Assembly: GCA_965603825.1 (NCBI GenBank)
Contig: CBFDEM010000044.1
Location: forward strand, 1 to 64,000
Source: Blepharisma stoltei ATCC 30299
Taxonomy: Eukaryota; Protista; Ciliophora
Reading direction: 5' to 3'
Length of the DNA stretch: 64,000 nucleotides
Part shown: piece after piece, positions 24,532 through 35,100 of the stretch
Layout: the number at the start of each line of letters is the position of its first letter
Position numbering within the stretch: position 1 is the first letter of the stretch
Notes under the pieces: generated by a model
The model's input: only the letters and a program-made list of their open reading frames with translations
The model's database searches: none
What the model was told of the DNA's origin: nothing
Made by a program: the position numbers and the translations under genes

Positions 24532-25983
24532 ATGATGATGACAGTTATCGAAGAGGAAGATTCAGGGTCATTTGACTCCAACCAAGGTTCCACAAATCTC
24601 AAAGTAGGAACAAGAAACCCAATTTTCCAATCTGAGGATAGTTCCAATGGTGATACAGTAGAAGATCAAGAAAAATTTACCGGAGAAAGTCTAACACATC
24701 AAGACAGTATGAAAAACTGGCATGAGTTCAGGTCTGAAGACTCAAGGCGAGATTCTATTAGCAAACCCTCAAAATCCCAGCAACTTGAGTTTCCATCACT
24801 TGTCAAAGGCCTAGATCTTGACTTAAGTCATCATAAGATGATGGACCTACAACAAAAATCGAGCCTTCCTCGTAAAGACTCAGGATCTCTTCCAAGAGGA
24901 AGTGAAGGAAGCAAAGGAATGACAAGGAGCGAAATGATGCTAGAAAGGGATTCATATGACCGACTAAGCGATTTTGAGGATCCAGCTGGCAGATCTTTTC
25001 ATTCATTAGACGAAAGTCTCACAAGCAATATAGGCCAAGGTGGAGCCGCTTCATCAAACTTCACAAAGAAGCCCTCAATAGAGGCCAATGAAACATTAAA
25101 TAAGATAATCCAATCAACAGGCCAAGAAGACCCAGAAAGCATGCTTTTCACAGTCATCGAAAGACGTCCAGCTGATGGAGCTACCAATAAGCATGGATTT
25201 TGGCAGAGAATCGGGCTAAAAGAAAATAAAGACAAAGACTCTCAATGGTATGCTTTAGCACTCGATGAATGGAACAAGACTGACGCCCAAATCAAACATC
25301 TAAAACGAGAAAACGAGACTCAGCTATATGAAATCAATCAGCTAGATACAAATGTAATGGTAGCTGTCCAAGAAACTAGTGAGCTTGAAGAAAGCTCATT
25401 TCAAATTAAAAAGAAAATAATTGACGAAAAGATGCAATTAGAGATAAAGCTGGAAGCCAAAAATAGTGAAATTGACGAGACACTCAGGGTGCAAGAAGAG
25501 CTCCTGCAGAGACTGCAGGACTGCAAAGACAGTTATACCTTAAGAGACGTTGAGGAAGAAGAAAGGGAAGAACGATGGACTATGAGAATTGAAGACTTGC
25601 GGTCACATTTAATCACAATTATGAACGAAAGAATTGCAGCAGAAAAAGAATGCAATGAAAATCAGGTCTTTTTGGCACAGATGGAAAATGAGAGAGACCA
25701 GCAAGCTGTGCTGAACGAGCAGATTGATATTTCTCTAGACTTATTAGGGGAGTCAATGAAATTTTTTACACAGTCAGATAAGCATTTGAATTTCACAGCT
25801 GAATTCTGTGAAGTCTTACAAAACTTAAGAGACGCTACTTTTGAAGCAATTGAAGCTGAAAAAGAGTTTAAAAAGGATGCACAAACGGACCCCAGAACTA
25901 TCATGCCTTATTCAAGACAATCAGAGTTTTTGCCAGGAGCTTCAACTCGACCTGAAAAAACACGACTCCTTAAATTCAACTAG
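24532..25983 (+). CDS. Hypothetical protein: Ser/Asp-rich N-half and coiled-coil C-half, 483 aa
   Basis: Long uninterrupted ORF ending in TAG; its truncated duplicate has accumulated indels. Confidence 0.8.
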   Translation: MMMTVIEEEDSGSFDSNQGSTNLKVGTRNPIFQSEDSSNGDTVEDQEKFTGESLTHQDSMKNWHEFRSEDSRRDSISKPSKSQQLEFPSLVKGLDLDLSHHKMMDLQQKSSLPRKDSGSLPRGSEGSKGMTRSEMMLERDSYDRLSDFEDPAGRSFHSLDESLTSNIGQGGAASSNFTKKPSIEANETLNKIIQSTGQEDPESMLFTVIERRPADGATNKHGFWQRIGLKENKDKDSQWYALALDEWNKTDAQIKHLKRENETQLYEINQLDTNVMVAVQETSELEESSFQIKKKIIDEKMQLEIKLEAKNSEIDETLRVQEELLQRLQDCKDSYTLRDVEEEEREERWTMRIEDLRSHLITIMNERIAAEKECNENQVFLAQMENERDQQAVLNEQIDISLDLLGESMKFFTQSDKHLNFTAEFCEVLQNLRDATFEAIEAEKEFKKDAQTDPRTIMPYSRQSEFLPGASTRPEKTRLLKFN

Positions 25984-26026
25984 GAATTTTCCTTTGCTAA
26001 ATCTATTAAAATGTTTATAATTTAAA

Positions 26027-26800
26027 ATGGGAGAACGTAAAGTGATCAACAAATATTACCCTCCAGACTTCGACCCGCTGAAGCTCAAAAAGCCCAAAAT
26101 GCCACCTGACAAGCAAATAAAAACCCGTATGATGCTCCCTTTTACTTGCAAGTGCAATATATGTGGCACATACCTACACATCGGCACGAAATTCAATATG
26201 AGAAAAGAAACAGTGACTGACGAGTCCTATTTAGGCATTGAAATCCTCAGATTTTTCTTCAAATGCACCAGATGCACAACTGAGATCACAATGAAGACAG
26301 ACCCAAAGAGCCATGACTATGTGTGTGAGTCCAATGCTTCTCGCCAGTATGACGAGCGAAGAGATCTAGAAGCTGCAGAGTCAGCGCTACAAGAAATGAA
26401 GGTCCAAGAAAACGAAGACCCGATGCGCTTTTTAGAAGCTAGGACTTATGAGTCACGGCGAGAAATGGACATTATGGACGCTTTGGGGGATATTTTGAGC
26501 ATTAATAAGATTCAAGGCAAGGTGGACTATGAAAATGTGATCAGTGAGGTCAGAAGGAAGAGAAAAGAGGAGGAAGAAAAAAAGGCGATGGTTGAAAAGT
26601 ACATGATGACTAGTGATGAAGTTAAATCACAGCTTGTCAAAAGAATTGACGAGGATGAAGCAGATCGAGAGATGTTTAGAAAACACAAAAAAATGGTTGA
26701 TGAAGTGAAGGGTTTGCAGAAAGGAGATAAGGAGAAGAAAAATACAGTCTTTACGAGGTTGAAGCCTAAATTTATTGTAAAAAAACAAGTTTTAAGTTAA
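26027..26800 (+). CDS. YJU2: Spliceosome step-1 factor YJU2/CCDC94
   Basis: MGERKVINKYYPPDFDP, RMMLPF.CxC..C, KFNMRKE and CTRC..ITMKTDP zinc knuckle. Confidence 0.93.
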   Translation: MGERKVINKYYPPDFDPLKLKKPKMPPDKQIKTRMMLPFTCKCNICGTYLHIGTKFNMRKETVTDESYLGIEILRFFFKCTRCTTEITMKTDPKSHDYVCESNASRQYDERRDLEAAESALQEMKVQENEDPMRFLEARTYESRREMDIMDALGDILSINKIQGKVDYENVISEVRRKRKEEEEKKAMVEKYMMTSDEVKSQLVKRIDEDEADREMFRKHKKMVDEVKGLQKGDKEKKNTVFTRLKPKFIVKKQVLS

Positions 26801-27200
26801 AATAAGCGCATATTTAGCTATGGCTGTTTTTCATATCATGTATGATCTCATAACGGTTTAAACTTAATTTAACTATAATTTTGATAATAGTTTCTATTTT
26901 ATAAATAATTTATTTTTAGATAAAGATGGAAAATGGCGAGAATACTACTATCATTCTCAGTGCTTTCTATATTCAAATTACACTTCTGAAATCATCCAAT
27001 TAAAAAATTAAACAAATAAAGCTTTCAACCTTATCTTAGTGCCCTTAATTTAAGCTTAAATTATTTTTAAATTCATTTTATTCAAAGACTTTTTTTGAAT
27101 TTTTAATTTCCGCTAAAAGATTTTGAGAGCGTGAGGCATTAAGATTTGTTTTTATCATATTTATATTACATTATTATTCCCCTCAATGAATGTTAGTCTA

Positions 27201-28466
27201 CTAACTTGGGATGTGTCCCACATTTGTGAACGCCAGTGCCACCAAAGACCCAGAAACAATTCCGTAAAGAAGCCCCATTGACATTAAAGATCCAGCTTTG
27301 GCTTTCATGTACCCTTCTACTTGGGCTGGGCCCAAAATCATTGCACAAGTTGATGTAAACCCGTTTGTGTATGCAAAAATCGCCATGTTCACAAATTTGA
27401 ACCACGCATAGCTGAAGAGCCAAGCAGGGGAAATACTTGGATCATCAGATGCTATCAAAATAAAGGTAATCCAAGTGACAAATCTTGCTAGGACAATGAT
27501 TCACAACATCCTTATGGATAAAATATAGAACCTAGGGGTTGATCTGCCTAAGAAATCGAATATATTGAAAGTTGTGACCATGAGCGTCGAGAAGTATGAA
27601 TAAGGCATTTCTCTACATAAAGGTTACGGGATACTCGTTGCCAGTGCTACGCCAGACAGCATTCCAAAAGTTATGACGTAGCAAAGCCACACTAAAAAGA
27701 GAGGCTGCCAGATTTTTGATAGTAATAGCTTGTTGTCGATTTGTTTGATAGGAGCTACTGGGACTGTGCTGAGCAGTTTTGAGGTCTTGTCGTCAGCTGG
27801 CTGTTCATCTTCTACGTAGCGAAGTTCTTCGTCTTTTCGGTCACCTGCTATTTTGGCTCCTGTTTTAGCTAACGACTCAATCATAAGAGGATTTTTGATT
27901 AAGTGAATTTGAGCAAAAATGCAGATGATCAAGACAGCAGCGGCAATGACAAAGTACACTAAAGTGCTTATAAAGTACCCAGTTCTGTCTTGAGGGAAAG
28001 ATGCTAAGCAGATAAGCCTAAGTAGATCGACAAAGACACCTACAACACCGTTTCCAATCATCACGTAATTAGTGTACTCATCTGGCAAAGTCCCAGCCAT
28101 TGCAAACGCTGTAGTCTGGCATACCACATTGGACATGCCCATAACCAGAATGACAATGCACATGATTGGGAATCCAATTGAGCCGCCCAAAAAGTGTGAG
28201 AACAGCGGCGAAATAACCAGCATGGCTGCGATTATTGCATAGCTTATGGTTATGCGCTTAGTATAACTGAACTTATGTCCGTAAAGAACAATTAAAGGCT
28301 GAATGATGATTGAGGTCCCATTGTTAAGGATTGGGAAGATGAACGATGGATTATCACCTGAAAACTCTGCATTGAAGAAGTCAAATGAGGCAAGGATGAC
28401 ATTTCATGCCATTAGGATGCCAATACCTTGCAAGAGAATTTCTATCTTGAAAAGACCGTCACCCAT
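27201..28466 (-). CDS. Equilibrative nucleoside transporter (SLC29/ENT); one 15-nt intron (27613-27627)
   Basis: GIGILMAW(UGA)NVIL, GNGVVG, FNIFDFLGR and FAYTNGF, with many TM helices. An alternative in-frame ATG lies at 28508. Confidence 0.9.
27613..27627 (-). other. 15-nt spliceosomal intron GTAACCTTTATGTAG
   Basis: GT..TAG, 15 nt, A at position 10. Removes an in-frame TAA from the middle of a conserved ENT ORF. Confidence 0.92.
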
Positions 28467-28703
28467 TTCCTTTTTATTATTCCACACTAAAGAATGTCGC
28501 ATTGCCATTTTGTGCGGATAGTTTTCAATTTCGTATGAGGATACTGAGCATTCTGACTAGCTGCTTTTAAAGAGAAATTAAGTTTCTTCCTTAATAATTT
28601 ACCCTAAGAATCAATTAAAAGCTAATCTTTGCAGAATTAAAGCAATATTTGATAGAAGACTACCAAGCGAAAGAATGAGTGATGGAGGCGCATCAATCTA
28701 GAG

Positions 28704-28713
28704 GTGACGTCAC
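28704..28713. promoter_or_regulatory. CRE-like palindrome GTGACGTCAC in the ENT / iGluR divergent promoter
   Basis: Perfect 10-bp palindrome in intergenic DNA. Function is only inferred. Confidence 0.3.
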
Positions 28714-28841
28714 AAGGCAATTTTAAGGCAAAAGACTTAATGATATGGAGAAATTTGATCGCAGGATATGAGGATCCTTCAAATTTCATACTTTCCATAA
28801 TATTTTTTATATTTATTTTATGACATTAAGTATATAGTCAA

Positions 28842-30170
28842 ATGAACATAATCTGAATCACATTACTTGCATATGCCTACGGGACTTTTATAATCGGGGT
28901 AAGCAATGCTAACCCTTTTGCATCTTGTGGGAACACCTTTTTTGGCTATGAAGTCGATATAGTTAGGGAAGCCTTAACAATAAGTGGATGAACTTATGGG
29001 ACTGACTATGTTTTTGCATGCAGTGATTCAGGCCAAAATGCTACAGTTGGCCGCCAATTAATAAGTTCCAGTGGAATGGGAGATGGCTACACTTATTCTC
29101 TCCCTACTTATAATGGCCAATTGAGTATTTTGATATACCAAGATCGCCATTTCAACACTCTTTCAACGTTAACTGTATTTTCGACATGGCTGTGACTATC
29201 TTTTGTCTTAACTGCAGGAGTGGTAGGCTTGCTAATCTGGTTTATGGAAAGCACAGAGAAATCCAATGTAATTTTGATCACCAAAGAATTTTTAAATAGC
29301 CAATGGATCACTTTTCAAGGTCTTTTCTTTTCAACGACGAGGAGGCTTAGTGCTCGCTCAAACTGGGTCTTGATGTGGACGTTCTGGGGCCTAGTTTATG
29401 CTTTTACAGCGTTATTTATAGCTACTTGTGTTTATCAAGCTATTCTTGTATACAGGCCGATAACATATCCTGAGAAGCTGAACGGTAAGAGATATTTGAC
29501 ATCAACAACCTATTTAAGCTTTACAAGTCATTACTCTGGGTATCATACTGAGCAAGAGATATCGCTAGATGACTATGATCAGCAAATAAAATTGCTAAAA
29601 AATAAAGAAATTGACGCAATTATATTTGAGAGGGAAGTGCTTAAAAAAATAGCAGCCACAAACTGTGATTACCAAGTAGTAGGTGATCCATTCATATCTA
29701 TTCTCTATGCCGTAAAAATTGAGCCTGGGACCGATTCTTCATTAAAAGCAGCACTTGATAATGGGATTACTTTGCTAATGGAAACCGCCAACCTGCAGAC
29801 AATCAAGGAAACCTATACATCAGTGAGCGATCCCTGTGCAATTTCTAATGACCCGAACGCCATAAGCCTCTATTCTTTTGGCGAGCTTTGGATTACAATT
29901 GGGGTTTCAGTCGTTTTTGTGTTCCTGCTGAGAAGTTTTTTAAAGAAAAACGAGCTGTCAAGAGAGAGGAGAAAGCACATTGAAGAGGTCAAAACTTTGA
30001 TGTCGAGGCCTGAGACTAAAATTTTAAGAGTCACTGAAAAACAAGTCAGAGAAAGCGAAATCGAAATGACTAAGCTATTGCACGATATTGAAAAAAGCTT
30101 GAAACGGCAGAACTCCTTACAGTCTCAAATGACTAATATGCTGAGGCATAGGGAAATTCTACTTAAATAA
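28842..30170 (+). CDS. Ionotropic glutamate receptor-like channel without amino-terminal domain, 442 aa
   Basis: ATG at 28842 is in frame through three UGAs. Signal peptide, S1 (PF..GYEVDI, YSLPTY..QLSILI), M1 (FSTWLWL..VGLLIWFME), pore/M3, S2 (IDAIIFE, YQVVGDPF, LDNGITLLME) and M4 (ISLYSFGELW). Confidence 0.75.
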
Positions 30171-30213
30171 AATCTGTATGTTCGAGGGTAATATTTAAAT
30201 TTTTAATAGTAAA

Positions 30214-32133
30214 ATGGATATCCACCTACTTGATGAATTTTCCCAGTTCTGTGTAGAAGTCACTGTAAGATTTTCTTCATTAGCAAGCATTGTGCAGGCA
30301 CTTTTAATAAATAGCCTAAACGCACTTGCTGACTATGTAGAAGTTTGAAGAGATGGAACAAATATTGAAATCAGAGACAATGGATACGGGATTTCACCAA
30401 GCGTGCTTAAAAAAATGAGGGACGAGATGGGCAGCTCAACCCTTAGCAAGCTTAAAAGAATTTCAGATCTAAAAATCATTACCTTTACCCGAGAGTTTGG
30501 GTGCTGAAAAGCAATTTATAGCGAAAATACCGTTGCAAAAGCACATTCAATGAAGAAGCCTGGAACGATTATTAGACTTGAAAACATCTTCAGAGGAATC
30601 CCAGCCAGGGCAAGCCAGTTCATTAATGAGTCTGTGCTGGCTTCTGTGCAAGCTATTGAGCCTTTATTGTATCTTACACAAAGCTTGACTTTGAAATTAT
30701 TTTGCAATCAAAATTTATATTGTGAATATAGAAAGGTAGAGAGTTTAAAAGAAAGATTGAGAAATGTCACAAAAATTTCTAAATTCCAGCATGTGAAATA
30801 TGTTGGGAAGGCAATTGATATTGAAGGTTATATTACAAATTTGGAATATTGTGTGTTCCATGGTAATTATCAATACTTGTATAATGAATTCCAGCCTGTA
30901 TACAGCCAAGAGATTTCTGATAGGATCAATGAGCTTTATAATAAATGCATTGTGGCGAGATTTCCTGAGAACTCAAAAGAGTTTATAATGAAGCAAAATC
31001 CTGCGTATCCGGTTTATGTGCTCTTTATGGCACTTCCTGAAGGAAGCTATTGGATTAATTATCAGCCTTATCGAACAGTTGAGCTTGCCAATTCTTTTGA
31101 AGTTCTAAGAGAAATTACAAATATGCTAAAGGAGCAAATATTCAAAGATACTATTACATCTAAAGTTTGTGAAAAATATCTCGAAAAAACTGTCAAAAAG
31201 AGAAAAAGGGCTGAATTTATAGCTCCCCAATGCTTTTCCTTCAATGGGAAAATCGATGATTTGTCTTTGCTAAGGCTTCTTGATGAAAACAAAGAAAATT
31301 TATCTCCAGAAGATTTTACCTCTCAAAAACTTCCTAATGAAAATGTCTTAATAGAAGCTGAAGAAAGTTTCAAAACAATGAAAAAGCCTATCAAGCCCAC
31401 TATATCAGACTTCACAGACGAGATCCTCAACACAGTGCGAGTTTCTCTTACCCCGCTTCTTCCAAAAAGTTTAAAGCAGTTCCACCCCCCAAAAGAAATT
31501 TCAATCAAAAAGTCTCAAAAGCTTCTATACTCAGACTCCTCTTTTTCAATAAAAAATCTCAAATTTTCAACCATCATCTCACAGGTCGATAAAAAGTTCA
31601 TACTCTGCCTTCTTGACATAAACTCAAGACAAATCATAGCAGCTCTTGACCAACATGCATCTCATGAGCGTATAAAATTAGAAGAAATCGAGAGAAAGCT
31701 GCCTCAACATTTAGAATCTGAAGAATGCATGATTCCTCTACAAGTTTCAAACTATGAGAAATCAGTATTGCTTCAACAAAGCAAAAGACTGGAAAAATGG
31801 AAATTCAAAATAACGGCAATTGGGGATGCGCTAGCTTTAACACAGGTCCCAAAGCTTTTTGGAAAGGTTTTAGGCCAGCCAGAGCTGCTACTAAGTGCTC
31901 ATACCCAATCGTTAATCCCTAATCCAATTTTGACTATCATGAAATCCAAAGCATGCAGAAGCTCAATAAAATTCGGAGACGAAATAACTGTAGAAGAATG
32001 CGAAAAAATCTGCAAAGACTTAGAAAACTGTGCCTTGCCTACACAGTGCGCACACGGCAGACCTACAGTTTACCCTTTAATGGAGCTTCCTCCTTATATC
32101 TCTGAGCTCCCACCTATAAACTTTAGTTTGTAA
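30214..32133 (+). CDS. MLH3: MutL-family endonuclease, MLH3-like, 639 aa
   Basis: ATG at 30214 is in frame through UGAs. Motifs DNGYGI, GTIIRLENIF..IPAR, QVDKKFI, DQHASHERIKLE, SKACRSSIKFGD and PTQCAHGRPT. Confidence 0.82.
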
Positions 32134-32154
32134 TAATAACGCATACTTTTAAAA

Positions 32155-35100
32155 ATGCATTCTCATCAGAAAAAAGCGCTTCTCAGCTGCTCTGGGAATC
32201 ATGCAGCTGCTATTGGGATTTATGGACACCTTTATGTATGAGGCAAAAACACAACTAGCGTCGAAGAAGCCACTCTATCCCTTACACGTGAATCTGCACC
32301 AGCCAAGGTCCAAGAACGTTTTACCTCCCAGCTCGGCTTCAGTGACCGTGAAATAACCTACATAGAATCACCTATCCCGCTTAAGCTAAAACATGACGTT
32401 TACCACATTCTTGCTGACCAAGTCGCCTGTGGGCCCAATTTTACTTGCATTATTGGAAAAGAAAAAGTACCTTTTGACATTTTCAAGACTGAAGAGGAGG
32501 AAGAAGAAGGAAAAGATGAATCCCAAGAAGAAACTGAAGACAAAACAGAAGACCCTTTTGACTATGAAATAGCAGACGATGACTACAAGCCTACAAAGGC
32601 AGCTCTTGACAATTTGAGATCTCCTGAAACAAGCGGATCTCTAGAAGAAATCATAATGGTTGGAAAACATCTGAGGTCTGAAATCACCGGATATTTGAGT
32701 GAACACAAGCTTGAAATAATGACGCTTTTTAAGTCGAGCAGGCTAAAAGAAGTAAGCTTTATTAATATCTTGAAAAATCAGATCAAGACTGTAATCCATG
32801 AAAATAAACTGACCACGTATATTAAGGCTAAAAATATGAGGGTCCCTGGCTCAAAGGTATACTTAAAGCCTATTTATGAGCTAGTTAGAAAGTGCAAGGA
32901 AAGTCAAGGGACTTTGTTTATATTTGGTAATGACGCTGCACCTATGAAGGGAGAACAATATCAAACCCAAAGAATAATAGAACCAACCATGACCTATCAT
33001 TTGGTGCAGCTGCCTATAGGAGTGATTTGTACGAAGGTCAGCTGTGGTGAAAATTTTGTGCTTGTGCTTTCTAATGTCGGAGATGTTTACAGCTGAGGAA
33101 AAGTCAAAATTCCGGCGCTTGGCATTAAAAAGCCTACCAACTTTACTTCAATCACTCCTATGGGGGAGCCGCTGAAGGATATAACTGATATAGCGTGTGG
33201 GAAATCTCATTGTTTAGCTTTAAGACATGGAGGTATTGTGTATAGCTGGGGCGATGGAGAGTTTGGAAAGCTAGGCCAAGGCAATAATGATAGTTTTAGG
33301 AAAGCTGAGCCAATCAATCTTGATAATGATAACGGCCTTTTTATCAGAGCTGGAGACAGAAGCTCTTTATGTGTAGTTGATTCTGACGTTTTTTATGCAT
33401 GGGGAGACTCATCTCAAGGCCAGTTTGGTAAAGAAGGGATCTTTGATAAGCCTGACAAGATCAGAACTCTTTTTCCGATTCATGATGCAGCCATAGGCGA
33501 TAAGTGTATAGTATTTGTGAGCCAGTATGGAGAGTTGCATGTCTATGGTCCGCGCTCCATTGCTAGTGAAGGGGAAACTAATATTTCTGAGAAGCACAGA
33601 CATCTCAGCGAGGTGAGGTTTGAAATGATAACTGCAAAAGATGACGTCTTCTTTGCGCTCACTACAAATGGCTCAATTTATTCTTGGTCTTACAAAATGG
33701 ACATTGACGGTAAGTTCATTGCACCTCCAAACATAGGCAGGCCAGTCTCAAAAAAATACCCAGCAGAAATTCCTTACGAAATTTTATCAGCTTCTCAACA
33801 ATTTGTATCACATGAAGCTAAAGAAACCAAAGAAACTGAAGAAGTTGATGTGATTCAAAAATCGACTAGGATAGTTAGAACAGGCTGTTTAGAAGAAAAT
33901 ACTGTGCTTTTGAGTGACGCTGGGGAAGTTTTTATAACTGGGAGTGGGAAATATGGCCAGCTTGGGATGACTTTAGAAAGCACCCTTGAAGAAGATGAAG
34001 AAACTAAAGGGTATGAAGAAACTGAGCCAGAGCTTAAACAATTTAGTCTTATCCCAAAGCTTTCTAATAGACTGCGCTCAAAAATAGTTTCCATTGTGTG
34101 TGGATATCATCATGTTATAGCAATCAAAAGTGATGGAGTTTTCTTAGCATGAGGACTTAATGCTCAGGGGCAACTTGGACTAGGAAATTTTGCACAGAAG
34201 CATAAAATACCGATGCCTATTGAAGCTTTAAAAGGAAAAAGAGGAGTTTCAGCTGCCGCTGGAGAGTCACATACTCTTGTAATTGTAGAAGAAAACGGTG
34301 AAAAAGCAGTTTATGCCTTTGGGAGTGCAGAAAGTGGTAAACTTGGCCTGGGGAATATAAAAAGCACCACACTTATAGCGACTCCTAGAGAAATTCCTAG
34401 CTTAAAAAACGCAAAGCATGTGTCTTGTGGAGAAATTCACTCTCTAGCGATAGGGTATGATGGAAATATCTATACGTGGGGAGATGGGTATAAAGGCCAA
34501 CTAGGCCATGGGAACAGAGAGTCTTATCTAGAGCCTAAAGTCTTTTCAGGGACAATGGAATGAAATGCTGCTGAGTGCGGAGCATATCATTCAGCAGCAA
34601 TAGATAGACTAGGCAAGGTATGGCACTGAGGAGAAAGCAATTTTACAGATGAAGAAAGTGGACTGATCTACGCTCCTATAAGGTTAAAAGGGCTTGAACA
34701 AGTCCCTTTTTCTGCTTTGGCATGTGGCTATGGATATACAATGGCAGTCACAGAAGCCAGAAGTACCGTTTATGCATGGGGAAAGCAGGTTCATATGAGA
34801 CTTTTCACCTTGAAAAACGATATCCCTGAAGGAGAAAACACTGCCAATCCTATCCCGAATACTATCCCAAACAGAGAAAAAGTCGAGTCAATATCAGCTG
34901 GAAAATTCCATGGGATCATCGCCACCAATGATGGCAGTGTCTATGTCTGGGGATATGCTTACAATGGCCGACTAGGCGACCCTGAGGCAACTTTGACCAA
35001 TAAATGCAAACCTTATGATGGAAAGCCGCTTGATCTAAGCTATATCTTGACAAAGGTCGATGAAGACCAAGACGCCATGAAGACAGAGGACGCCAAACTG

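Larger units (their letters stand above)
16004..25266. repeat. Tandem segmental duplication, copy 2 (~9.3 kb)
   Basis: Junction GCACTC-GAT-AAAAAGAC at 16004-16006 joins sequence matching 25257-25266 to sequence matching 6891 onward. Confidence 0.93.
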
